Sequence record: NC_101842.1
Reading direction: 5' to 3' (one strand)
Length of the DNA stretch: 64,000 bases
From: a phage
Part shown: positions 28,430-37,192 of the stretch, one piece after another
Layout of the letters: each line of letters begins with the position of its first letter
Numbering within the stretch: position 1 is the first letter of the stretch
Made by a program: the position numbers and the translations under genes
The notes under the pieces: model-generated
The model's input: the letters and a program-made list of their open reading frames with translations, nothing else
Told to the model about the DNA's origin: nothing
The model's database searches: none

Positions 28430-29040
28430 TCTTCTTGGGCCTCTTTAGCATCAATATACTTGCACACAATCTCCGATGCACATTCCCAAGGTGCACCTTC
28501 AGGGTTTACAACATCGAACTCAATTCCTTTTATTCCGTTCTTTTCCAGACTTAGATAGGTTCTGGAATCATTTCCCCAGTCATATCCGACACGGTGAATA
28601 CGGAACAACAACAGATCTCCACCTGTGCTGTACGCGTACTCGCTAAGGCATGCCAGCTCCTCTTTGAATCCACCATCGGAGTAAACAACAACCCCTTTAC
28701 CTTTAGGGAAATCTTTCTTCAAAGATGCGACTGCGGCTTTACCGAAAGCATCTTCACCAAAGATAGGTTTAATCAGATTTTCACTACAATGGATCATCCA
28801 TTCTCGCGGAGAAACATGCTTGCCGTCTATCATTAAGAAAGGGCAAGGCTCTTCTTTGTAGTGGCGGTCATAAAGTGCATTCCAGAGTTGAGGAGTTACA
28901 CCAGCTGCCTTAATTGCCACACTGAAGAGCATCTCCTTAACCTCACGGTGGTGTGAGTTAGGAATAGCTTCCAACAAGAGATCTGCAATGTGATCCTTAC
29001 CACTGCTGGGTGGGGCGTTAAGAACAATAATATCCATCAA
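28423..29040 (-). CDS. P-loop nucleotide kinase, dNMP-kinase-like
   Basis: N-terminal LNAPPSSGKD P-loop as in T4 gp1 (SGVKRSGKD). Confidence 0.5.
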   Translation of the reverse strand: MMDIIVLNAPPSSGKDHIADLLLEAIPNSHHREVKEMLFSVAIKAAGVTPQLWNALYDRHYKEEPCPFLMIDGKHVSPREWMIHCSENLIKPIFGEDAFGKAAVASLKKDFPKGKGVVVYSDGGFKEELACLSEYAYSTGGDLLLFRIHRVGYDWGNDSRTYLSLEKNGIKGIEFDVVNPEGAPWECASEIVCKYIDAKEAQEEC

Positions 29041-29240
29041 AAACCTCCGTGGTATTCTTCAACTGCATCAATAATACTTTTACACTTATCTACCAGCTCG
29101 TTAGCCACTACAGCATCGTCTTCCCAAACAGCTTCCTCGATCTGATCAAGCAATGATCGCATCTTACCCATCATTTCTGGGATAAAGTCTTCTGAAAAGC
29201 TGTCTGGAATTGTTAACTTTAGTGTCATTGCGTTCTCCAA
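29037..29240 (-). CDS. hypothetical small acidic protein (67 aa)
   Basis: ORF track. Confidence 0.4.
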   Translation of the reverse strand: MENAMTLKLTIPDSFSEDFIPEMMGKMRSLLDQIEEAVWEDDAVVANELVDKCKSIIDAVEEYHGGF

Positions 29241-29255
29241 TCATACTATGCGTTA

Positions 29256-29714
29256 TTAGAAGTTTGTTTTTACACGTCCCTTTTCATCAACCTCGTTGTT
29301 GGCTAGAAGCGTTACAAAGTCTGTGAAACGGACATGAAGAACTCTTTTCTTATCAAGGTATCCTAAAGCCACCCCTGAGAAATTTAGCATCAAAGGGGCT
29401 AAAGAAGCTCTGGCACTGAAATGCTGTTGTTCTACCCTTCCAACACCCTTAGTGTAGGATGGGTTAAGATTGTAAGTTCTGAATCCCAGTTTTGTTGGAG
29501 CTTTAGAATTAAAAACAACTTTATAGCGTTTCTTACTCAACTTATGCTCCAGGATAAGCATTCCCTTATCACCCTTGATAAGTTGAAAATCTGTAAAGTG
29601 CTCTTTTAATACGAAAGGTAGTGCCAGTCCCATCGCCTGCCCCCTTTGTACCGCTGTCTCACCAAAAGCTTTTGCATCAGTAAGTTCTTTGGTCAAGTCT
29701 ATGCTTTTGATCAT
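29256..29714 (-). CDS. hypothetical protein (152 aa)
   Basis: ORF track; start may be internal. Confidence 0.4.
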   Translation of the reverse strand: MIKSIDLTKELTDAKAFGETAVQRGQAMGLALPFVLKEHFTDFQLIKGDKGMLILEHKLSKKRYKVVFNSKAPTKLGFRTYNLNPSYTKGVGRVEQQHFSARASLAPLMLNFSGVALGYLDKKRVLHVRFTDFVTLLANNEVDEKGRVKTNF

Positions 29715-30525
29715 ACCTAGTCTCCAAAATGTATTGTAGTTCTTTCTTACCTATACTCTTCATTCCGGCAGTCTTACCTGCTTCTTCTTGAAAAGAAGAA
29801 TAGCATTCAGCAAACACTCTGTCAACACCGTCAACTAAAGATTTTATGAAATATGTTGATTCTTCAGATTTTGGGTCATCCTCCCCCAATACTTTTCCAG
29901 CATTATACCCAACACGTCTTACACAGAAGTCGTAGTCATCTGGAGTGCTAAAAGAAAATAACTTATTCTCCCCAATCTCTACAGGATCCCTGTTGCACGC
30001 CTTTTTCTCCCAAATTTGGAAAACACACGGCACGTCATAAGGTTTGCCATTAAGTAGAAACGAGTTCTTAGGGCACCTTTCACTGTAGACAAGGTGCATC
30101 GACATGTCCAGTTTGTTTGCAAAAAATATTTTTTCAAATGTCCGTGGCAAGATGAAGGCTATAGCCCCTCCAAGCTCTAGCAATGATGCACAATGGTTAA
30201 AGAATTTGCAAGCTAAAGATGAATTCTTGCCAAATGGTGGGTTACCTATGAAGACATCTGCCTTGGGATGCACCTCCAAGAAGTTTGCCTGAATGCACGG
30301 TGTTGGTCCTTCAAATTCAGGATCTGGTACTAGATCGTAAGACAGTATCTCTGAAAATAGTTTTGAAAAAGAACCCCTTCCAGCAGAAGGCTCAACGTAT
30401 GCACAATTTCCATACTTATCTTTTACTTTACCAACAAGATATTCTGCATACTCAGGGTTTGTGTAATATTTGTCGTTGGACTCTTTCTTGCTCAAAGTGC
30501 CTCCAAAAGGAAAAGGGAGGCGCAA
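29677..30525 (-). CDS. DNA N6-adenine methyltransferase (second)
   Basis: YYTNPEYAEY, VEPSAGRGSF, FIGNPPFG motifs. Confidence 0.7.
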   Translation of the reverse strand: MRLPFPFGGTLSKKESNDKYYTNPEYAEYLVGKVKDKYGNCAYVEPSAGRGSFSKLFSEILSYDLVPDPEFEGPTPCIQANFLEVHPKADVFIGNPPFGKNSSLACKFFNHCASLLELGGAIAFILPRTFEKIFFANKLDMSMHLVYSERCPKNSFLLNGKPYDVPCVFQIWEKKACNRDPVEIGENKLFSFSTPDDYDFCVRRVGYNAGKVLGEDDPKSEESTYFIKSLVDGVDRVFAECYSSFQEEAGKTAGMKSIGKKELQYILETRYDQKHRLDQRTY

Positions 30526-30541
30526 GCCTCCCTATACTTGA

Positions 30542-31531
30542 TTAGATTATCTGAATCAGGGTGTTTTTCATTTCTTCTCTGGTACGGATGTTGTTACGGT
30601 CACGAACAACAGATCCACAACCTTCGCAGCGATATGTTTTAAATGCACTCAGTTGAGTATACGCCAAAGCTTCTTCCTCGTGAAGGTGTTCTCCACCGCA
30701 GCGTGGGCAACGAACTTTTGGCTCCTCATCCTGGTAGTACAATGACATGTTGGGGTGCTGCTTAGCAAACGGGCGTGCCAGCAAATACAGGCCTTCCAGA
30801 GATAGGATATCACCAACATTGTACTCCCGCATCTGTTTAAACGCCTCAAGATCACCATGAACACACTTGATCCACATTTCAAATGTGTGGTCAATCAGTT
30901 TCTGTCGGGCAAGTTGGAAGTATTTGCATGCATACTCCAAAGTGTTTGCATTCAAACGGAATGCCTTCTTGATCATTTTAAGGGTGTCAACCTCTTTGTA
31001 TGGGCTTGTTGGAGGCAACCCGTGAAATGCAAATCGTTGGTTTGCCCACCCACAGTCAAAACCTGAATTGTGGGCTACTGCGACATCACATTTATCCAGA
31101 TAATACCACAAGTCCTGAATCAATTCGAGGTCATTGTGAATATCCTCATCCCACATTTTGTAATCGGGAAGAGCGCAGTCAACCACACTAGGACTGTCTA
31201 ACCACTTACCTGCGAAAGTTAGCATATAGGGCATAATTTCAATACCGCAGGTTTGAATGTTGGTCTTATAGTGCCCAAAGAACCAGCCGTTTGTTGGTGA
31301 TGTTTCTGTATCATACACCCAAACTTTAGCTCCTTTGTGTTCTTCAAGGAAGCGCTCCGTTGCTTCTCCTACAATCTCTGACATATTCTCTTGTGCACGT
31401 TTAAGCTGTAGTCGGATCCAACTCTCACGTGACTCACGGCCTAAAAATTCACGAGCAATTTGTCTATTAGTGTATCCCTGCTGCTTTAGTGTTAAAATTT
31501 GCTCAAGAGTTAACTTTGTCATCATCGTCAA
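30542..31531 (-). CDS. DEDD-type 3'-5' exonuclease with N-terminal HTH and C-terminal Cys4 zinc ribbon
   Basis: VWVYDTETS, HNSGFD, CPRCGG...CEGCG. Confidence 0.5.
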   Translation of the reverse strand: MTMMTKLTLEQILTLKQQGYTNRQIAREFLGRESRESWIRLQLKRAQENMSEIVGEATERFLEEHKGAKVWVYDTETSPTNGWFFGHYKTNIQTCGIEIMPYMLTFAGKWLDSPSVVDCALPDYKMWDEDIHNDLELIQDLWYYLDKCDVAVAHNSGFDCGWANQRFAFHGLPPTSPYKEVDTLKMIKKAFRLNANTLEYACKYFQLARQKLIDHTFEMWIKCVHGDLEAFKQMREYNVGDILSLEGLYLLARPFAKQHPNMSLYYQDEEPKVRCPRCGGEHLHEEEALAYTQLSAFKTYRCEGCGSVVRDRNNIRTREEMKNTLIQII

Positions 31532-31537
31532 AATTCC

Positions 31538-31759
31538 TTAGTAAAACTGAAGAATGTCTTTTAAAGCGAAGTCACGATATTCGCCCTTGTCTACATCAAA
31601 GGCATGCATCAACCACTGCTCTTCTTTATGATACTCTGTAGAGCCAAACCATAAATTAGGCTCAGTAACGCAGCGATCTGCAACAACACCTTTCCAGTTA
31701 CGGTATTTCATCCTGATCAGGACTGAGTCGCAAGGATTGAATACCTTTTTCATCCCCAT
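31538..31759 (-). CDS. hypothetical small protein (73 aa)
   Basis: ORF track. Confidence 0.35.
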   Translation of the reverse strand: MGMKKVFNPCDSVLIRMKYRNWKGVVADRCVTEPNLWFGSTEYHKEEQWLMHAFDVDKGEYRDFALKDILQFY

Positions 31760-32303
31760 AGAAATCTCTCTCCTCAGTTTTCTTTATAAACTCCTGCATG
31801 TAGGACTCAATAGCCTCATGCTTGGTGCACTCTGGATTAATGACAAGATTGAGATCTGATTCTGCTCGTGCAATAATCGTAGCTTTAGAGCATCTCCTCA
31901 AGAACTTTGTCATATCATCTCTGTAGTTTTTGTGGAGCGGGAAGTCGCTGTAGTCTTTCTCCAGATAGTCAGCCATCCGGCGCAACGCCTCTGATAAACT
32001 GCAATCTGTATACTCGTTACAGTATTTCATCCAGTATTTAAGCACATACCCCTCAAAGGTATTAGTGCACTGAGACAAAACACCCCTGCAACGACCAGTC
32101 AGATGATCATGATCTAAACAAGGCTTACGAAGTGGCTCGCACAAGATCGGATCAAGACCATCCTGCTCCTCTGACAATTCTTTTCGAAAGTTGGCTATGT
32201 CCTTAGAATCTTTTAGCCACCCGCTATGAACGGGGGCTTTGACAGCTTTCTTTCTTATTTTACGCTTTGCGATAACCCCTCCAGATGCGCCCTGCCTATC
32301 CAA
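31698..32303 (-). CDS. recombination endonuclease VII-like Holliday junction resolvase
   Basis: CLDHDHLTGRCRGVLSQCTNTFEG matches T4 endonuclease VII HLDHDH...RGLLCNLCN core; start uncertain. Confidence 0.65.
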   Translation of the reverse strand: MDRQGASGGVIAKRKIRKKAVKAPVHSGWLKDSKDIANFRKELSEEQDGLDPILCEPLRKPCLDHDHLTGRCRGVLSQCTNTFEGYVLKYWMKYCNEYTDCSLSEALRRMADYLEKDYSDFPLHKNYRDDMTKFLRRCSKATIIARAESDLNLVINPECTKHEAIESYMQEFIKKTEERDFYGDEKGIQSLRLSPDQDEIP

Positions 32304-32884
32304 TAAGCATCTGCGAGATCGGCCTTACCTTGTACCAAATTGATCCCATCTAGGAACCCAGGTTCAGATACTTCGCAGGCCTTAACCATCAACTTTTTAT
32401 CCATCGTAACAGGTTTCTTCACAGTATGCTCTTTACCTGTCTTTTTGTCAAGCTTTTTCTTCTCCTCAAAAGCAAGTTCCTCAGGAAGATGACTACGAGC
32501 AAACTTTTTGGCAGTTGTTGGTGTCACGGTGTGGACCTTAAACAGGCCGTCATTTTCACAATCAGCTAAAGCATCCCAAAGCATAACTTCAAGACCGTAA
32601 AACAACCCAGCCAGTTCGCGTGTGGCATCCCCGCGTGATCCAAAGGAAAGCCCTTCCATAACCACGGTGTCAACGCCGTGCGTGTGGATGTAATATCTGA
32701 CCTGTTTGCAGATCCAGTCAATACGCTCAGCAGCTGTTGCAAAAGAAACCGTCCCTGGTTTCTTCTCTTTTGCAGATGAGCTTTGAGTTCGTAACACAAC
32801 CTTATGAACAGGCTTTCCATCGTCCCATACAACGCAAGCTGTGTGTGTCAACGACTGGTCTATGGATAATAGACGCTCTCTCAT
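32255..32884 (-). CDS. RuvC-like resolvase (RNase H fold)
   Basis: LSIDQSLTHTACVV, MEGLSF, ADLADAYWIG parallel RuvC motifs. Confidence 0.5.
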   Translation of the reverse strand: MRERLLSIDQSLTHTACVVWDDGKPVHKVVLRTQSSSAKEKKPGTVSFATAAERIDWICKQVRYYIHTHGVDTVVMEGLSFGSRGDATRELAGLFYGLEVMLWDALADCENDGLFKVHTVTPTTAKKFARSHLPEELAFEEKKKLDKKTGKEHTVKKPVTMDKKLMVKACEVSEPGFLDGINLVQGKADLADAYWIGRAHLEGLSQSVK

Positions 32885-33213
32885 GCTTCCTCGTCCTCCT
32901 CTCCTTCATCAGGAGCATAAGCCTTATCTTTGAACAAGACGAGAGAGCAAAGCTTAACATCTGTTTCCACACTGGTGAACATGCATAACCGCTCGCCCTC
33001 AATCAGCTCACAATCCTCTTTTAAAACAGCAGACCATACACGGTCATCTGCGTAATCATCCGTGTACAGGATGTATGAAATGGTGTCATCTTCATACAAC
33101 CGCCACATACCTGTGGCAACAACGAATGTATTTTTTGTTTTAAGTGTCCCTGTTGTGTGATCATCCTCAAAAACAGCTTCCATAATTGCGTTATCTACAG
33201 CATTTTTAGTCAT
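32881..33213 (-). CDS. hypothetical acidic protein (110 aa)
   Basis: ORF track. Confidence 0.45.
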   Translation of the reverse strand: MTKNAVDNAIMEAVFEDDHTTGTLKTKNTFVVATGMWRLYEDDTISYILYTDDYADDRVWSAVLKEDCELIEGERLCMFTSVETDVKLCSLVLFKDKAYAPDEGEEDEEA

Positions 33214-34352
33214 CAGATTGCTCCAACATTTCTAAGAACGTTAACAAGTTTTGTCTGGTCATTAAATGTCCGCTTCATATACAAACAGTCAAAAATTATA
33301 CTCATCCATTGACCTACGGAAATTCTACGATCAATACCATTGAAGTCAGTATACTTAACAACACCTTTCGGGAACCACTTCTTGTACTGATCAATAATAG
33401 CCACCCACATCTCCTTTGGAGTGCTGCACTGAGACAGTAGGTAGAATGCTGAGGCATCCCCGAACTTACCCTTACCGATAAGTCCTTGATACGGCTTGAT
33501 GTTGTCAGCAGAGTCACCACACAGCATTTGGTATCCGAAGAACAGCATACCGTAACCGCCAACCTCTCCATTAGGCTTCATGAAGATGTTCCCCATACCG
33601 TTATCGATCAGCATAGGGGTTTCCCTTACAAAATCTCCCTTATCGTTTCGCATGGGATCGAACACAAGCCCCGGTAGTGTTCTTTGGTCCTTATCAATAG
33701 AGATAATAAACTTGTTGAACTTACCTGTTTTTTGGTAGTGGTTCCAACCTTCAAATTGCTGGATAGCTAACCAGTCGTCAGCCTCGATACCGTTGATCAC
33801 TTGAGCATTGTACTGCTTTTGGAGATACTGTCTTGCATCTCCAAGCAGCAGTGGTCGAAGAGTATTGTTACGGTTGGCTTTATATCTTTCCGGCATGGGA
33901 AGATCTAGTCTGAAATTACCTGTGCCTCCAAGTACCCCCACGCACCGATCTTCCGGAATACCGAGATAATTAAGGACTGCATTAGCTTTACACTTAATTG
34001 TGTGCAAGCAGTTCTCTACAGGATCAGGGGTTTGGATATCCAAGACATCGAAATCTTCTCGTGTCCACGGAATAAACTCCTTGCCAGCCTTTTTACATGC
34101 AGCTTCACGGTTGGTATTCTCAGCTTTTAACCAACCACCAACGGTGTTCTTCTGCCGCCCCCAGAACTCTGTTCGTGTTTTAAACATCTTCTTACGTCCG
34201 GAGGCTTTGTGTGTTACCTCAATTGTCCTTTTTTCACAACTTGCTGCAGCTTGATATGCAACCTGATCGAAGTCATAATAAACTATAGCGTCAGGTTCAA
34301 GAAGATCAGCTAGACAATCTATGGACTCAATAAGTGGATATTCTCTACTCAA
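33213..34352 (-). CDS. 5'-3' exonuclease / flap endonuclease-like nuclease
   Basis: GIEADDWLA, ISIDKDQ, CGDSADNIKPYQGLIGKG resemble T5 D15 / T4 RNase H motifs. Confidence 0.55.
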   Translation of the reverse strand: MSREYPLIESIDCLADLLEPDAIVYYDFDQVAYQAAASCEKRTIEVTHKASGRKKMFKTRTEFWGRQKNTVGGWLKAENTNREAACKKAGKEFIPWTREDFDVLDIQTPDPVENCLHTIKCKANAVLNYLGIPEDRCVGVLGGTGNFRLDLPMPERYKANRNNTLRPLLLGDARQYLQKQYNAQVINGIEADDWLAIQQFEGWNHYQKTGKFNKFIISIDKDQRTLPGLVFDPMRNDKGDFVRETPMLIDNGMGNIFMKPNGEVGGYGMLFFGYQMLCGDSADNIKPYQGLIGKGKFGDASAFYLLSQCSTPKEMWVAIIDQYKKWFPKGVVKYTDFNGIDRRISVGQWMSIIFDCLYMKRTFNDQTKLVNVLRNVGAI

Positions 34353-34653
34353 AGACCCTCCTGTTAGTTATTCTGCAAGATGGTTGGATGCTGTAATGAA
34401 ATGCATCATCACTCTCTGCAATAAGTGACTCAACATCCCAATACTTTTCAAAAAGGAACGGATTAGACCCCCAGTGGTGGGTTATTTTCATCAATGAGTC
34501 TGGTAGCAGATAGCCACAGATCTTAATTACATCACCAGGTTGAATTGTGTTTTCATAGAGGTTGCTTTCCTTCTTCAGAATAATACCTTTATGATTCTCG
34601 TTTGCATACAACTGGACAATATCTTTATCTTCAACAATAAAAATTTTAAGCAT
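34345..34653 (-). CDS. hypothetical protein (102 aa)
   Basis: ORF track; promoter with overlapping palindrome upstream. Confidence 0.45.
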   Translation of the reverse strand: MLKIFIVEDKDIVQLYANENHKGIILKKESNLYENTIQPGDVIKICGYLLPDSLMKITHHWGSNPFLFEKYWDVESLIAESDDAFHYSIQPSCRITNRRVFE

Positions 34654-34683
34654 GTCTAGTTCTCCTAGTTTATAAATATCTGA

Positions 34684-34716
34684 CTGATAATATCAGATTA
34701 ATAACACTTTTGTCAA
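34684..34716 (-). promoter_or_regulatory. minus-strand promoter (TTGACA-17-ATATTA) overlapped by palindrome CTGATA-A-TATCAG
   Basis: rc of 34711-34716 is TTGACA; 13-bp palindrome at 34684-34696 covers the -10 region. Confidence 0.4.
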
Positions 34717-35009
34717 GACTTTTTAGTCTTTCTTGGAGAGCTTTTTGTTGATCTTTTCCTTTTGTGGTAGATTCCAAGTGCAGCGTTTTCTTGGGCGCAC
34801 GTTTTAACAGTTCTCAGAGAAGAACTTTCAGCTTTAGGCAGGTTTAACTCCCACCAACCGAGCCAGTAAAGTTCTGATTCCGACAGCTGCTCAGATTCAG
34901 CCTTCCGATACAATGATTGCATACCTCTAATGATGTCGTCCAGAGGTGTATCGAATACAAAAGCTGTCTTATCAAATTTCTCTTTTACAGGTTTCTTAGC
35001 CATGCTCAC
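34713..35009 (-). CDS. hypothetical basic protein (98 aa)
   Basis: ORF track. Confidence 0.45.
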   Translation of the reverse strand: MSMAKKPVKEKFDKTAFVFDTPLDDIIRGMQSLYRKAESEQLSESELYWLGWWELNLPKAESSSLRTVKTCAQENAALGIYHKRKRSTKSSPRKTKKS

Positions 35010-35880
35010 CTCTCACACAATCATCCACTGACTTCATAAACTCTTGCACCCAAAGTGCCCCTATTTGAGGAACTATGGCGTTACCGAAGCCTTTGTGGCG
35101 AGACAATCCCATTGGGGTGGATAGCCCATCAACCAACAAGGGAATGCCGGGTTCAGGAAGTTTACGCCATTTTCCGTCTCGGCATAGATACTGTCTTGTA
35201 TGCTCCCACACCCGTAATACATCCTCACCTGCTCCCACAGATTCCCAGGACTTAATGACTTCCTGCCAGTTGCTAAGCGTTGTTGCTTGCGCCTTTCCAT
35301 CGCTTCCTGAGATCTGCACCCTACCTGAGTTACCGTAGGGGTTAACCACGTTGCTAACTGCCCCGAAGTAAAGTCGTTCGCGGCGGTGCGGGGCGTTGAG
35401 GATTGCAGCATTAAGTATGGAAGCCCCGAAGCTGTAACCAGCGTTTTCCATTTCATTCTGCATATCGTCGAGCCATCCGGATTCAATCGCTTTTGCAACC
35501 TGCTCTCCAAACATGAACTCAGGTTTAAGCTGTTTAACGAGCCGGAGGTATGTTGGTGCAAGATGTCTTGGGTCAAATTTTCCACGTTGCTTACCTGCTT
35601 GAGAGAAAGGTTGGCAGCACGGAGATCCTGTGCATACCGACCAAGTTTCTGGAATGCCAGCAAGTTTCAAGGCCAAAGGCCATCCACCTATGCCAGCGAA
35701 GAAGTGCCACTGTGTGAAACCTCTAAGATCTTCTACAGTAACCTCTGTAATAGAACGATCATCCACCTCGCCTTGAGGAAGTAGTCCTAAAGATATTAGA
35801 TTCTTCAACCAAGCAACTGCATCTTTATCATTGTCATTGTAGTATACCACACTTAATTCTCCAAATACTGATGTATCCAA
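34996..35880 (-). CDS. DNA cytosine-5 methyltransferase
   Basis: motif I FAGIGG, motif IV GSPCCQPFS, ENV-like FGEQV, HRRERLY, GFGNAIVPQ. Confidence 0.8.
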   Translation of the reverse strand: MDTSVFGELSVVYYNDNDKDAVAWLKNLISLGLLPQGEVDDRSITEVTVEDLRGFTQWHFFAGIGGWPLALKLAGIPETWSVCTGSPCCQPFSQAGKQRGKFDPRHLAPTYLRLVKQLKPEFMFGEQVAKAIESGWLDDMQNEMENAGYSFGASILNAAILNAPHRRERLYFGAVSNVVNPYGNSGRVQISGSDGKAQATTLSNWQEVIKSWESVGAGEDVLRVWEHTRQYLCRDGKWRKLPEPGIPLLVDGLSTPMGLSRHKGFGNAIVPQIGALWVQEFMKSVDDCVRGEHG

Positions 35881-36368
35881 GAAAAGTCAGTCTTCCATTC
35901 CGGAACCTTGCTAAGCTCCCGCCACTCTGCAAAGCAGTCTCGATAATAAGCCTCTGCCATGCCCTTGGTGATCTTATTCACCTTAGCCAACTGATTAACT
36001 GCCTGAGCATACTTTCCACGGATATTTGCTAACCCAGGGTGCACCGATGTGTGACAATCCGGGCACAACGCTATCAGTCCGACAAGACGGATCACTCCAT
36101 CTTCGAAAGTGTAAAGTTCATGACACTCCACTGGGTGTTTGCTGCCCTTACCGCCGCACACCTCACAAGTGTAGTTGGCTTCTCTGTAGCACTTCTTACG
36201 GATCTTATCCCACTCACTCTTCTTCACAGCGTTTCGGAGGTTATTATACCAAGCTGTTTCTGGGATCAGTTGCACAATAAGCCTGCGTTCAGACTTCATT
36301 AAACGTCCGTCTTCCACGTGTTCTCCCTCATTCAAAGAAATGGGTGCGAGGGCAGGAACCTGCCTCAC
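35853..36368 (-). CDS. HNH endonuclease-like protein
   Basis: CEVCGG...HPVECHELY...CPDCH; overlaps start of C5-methyltransferase gene. Confidence 0.55.
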   Translation of the reverse strand: MRQVPALAPISLNEGEHVEDGRLMKSERRLIVQLIPETAWYNNLRNAVKKSEWDKIRKKCYREANYTCEVCGGKGSKHPVECHELYTFEDGVIRLVGLIALCPDCHTSVHPGLANIRGKYAQAVNQLAKVNKITKGMAEAYYRDCFAEWRELSKVPEWKTDFSWIHQYLEN

Positions 36369-36534
36369 CTTGTTTCACAAGCTCGTAGAGCTCACCTTGG
36401 CTTGTCTCATAAAGGCAAATACGTTTACCATTGTCCCGATATACATCGACAAGATACGCTGTTTCACCTGCAAACACGACACCACAGGCCAGACATGCTG
36501 TCATGAACAAAATTGCCAACAGAAAATCTTTCAT
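36328..36534 (-). CDS. small secreted or lipoprotein candidate (68 aa)
   Basis: hydrophobic N-terminus with Cys (MTACLACG); directly downstream of lysozyme. Confidence 0.4.
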   Translation of the reverse strand: MKDFLLAILFMTACLACGVVFAGETAYLVDVYRDNGKRICLYETSQGELYELVKQGEAGSCPRTHFFE

Positions 36535-36597
36535 GGTTAAACCCTCCTAAACATTTTATGAGGTAACAATACCACGTCCGTGTGGTTATGTCAATGA

Positions 36598-37068
36598 TCA
36601 ATCCAGGACAACGCCACCTGCTTTTTTAAACACATCGATCAACTTCTCGATCTTCTGTTCATGCTGACCATATCCAGCACCAGGTAACGAAGCCCAGCGG
36701 GAACGGCATTTGTGGATAGCTTCGTGGATACGCCCTTCGTCAATGTCAGCGAGAGCCTTGCACTCACGGATCAGTTGCAACGCAATCTTGTCCTGACTGG
36801 CAGGGCCAAAATCTGGTAATCCTAGCTGCTTCATATAGTGTTTAGCGAACTTCTCCAAAACCTGGTAACGCCCAGCAGCGGAGGAGGTAAGTTTAGCATT
36901 TAGCTTAACGTAAACACCGGGATGCTTGCTGTAATCGCTGAACAGCTTGCCACCGACTATGACATCGTATCCACGATCCTTGGTAGGTTGTCTACCATTA
37001 TCTGTGCCTTCCGAATATGCGATCATATCCAAGAAAGCTTTTCGTTGAACATTTTTATCAAGTTTCAT
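36598..37068 (-). CDS. endolysin, lambda R-type lysozyme (lytic transglycosylase)
   Basis: QRKAFLDMIAYSEGTDNGRQ...YDVIVGG...AAGRYQVL...RWASLPGAGYGQ closely parallels lambda R. Confidence 0.9.
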   Translation of the reverse strand: MKLDKNVQRKAFLDMIAYSEGTDNGRQPTKDRGYDVIVGGKLFSDYSKHPGVYVKLNAKLTSSAAGRYQVLEKFAKHYMKQLGLPDFGPASQDKIALQLIRECKALADIDEGRIHEAIHKCRSRWASLPGAGYGQHEQKIEKLIDVFKKAGGVVLD

Positions 37069-37136
37069 TTTTCATACTCTCCAGTTTACTCATAACTAAC
37101 CCGATCAACAACACTGCATAGTGTGGTTATGTAGGT

Positions 37137-37165
37137 GCCAATTGAAAAACCATCATTCAATTGGC
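37137..37165. promoter_or_regulatory. perfect 10-bp inverted repeat GCCAATTGAA-N9-TTCAATTGGC
   Basis: between ligase stop and lysozyme start. Confidence 0.4.
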
Positions 37166-37192
37166 TACCGTTGCCTACTAAACCTTCCTACA

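Noticed and set aside
35073-35784. Two long ORFs (35073-35663 minus, 35386-35784 plus) overlapping the C5-methyltransferase
   Set aside because: Alternative-frame and antisense artefacts; the methyltransferase frame contains the conserved motifs.
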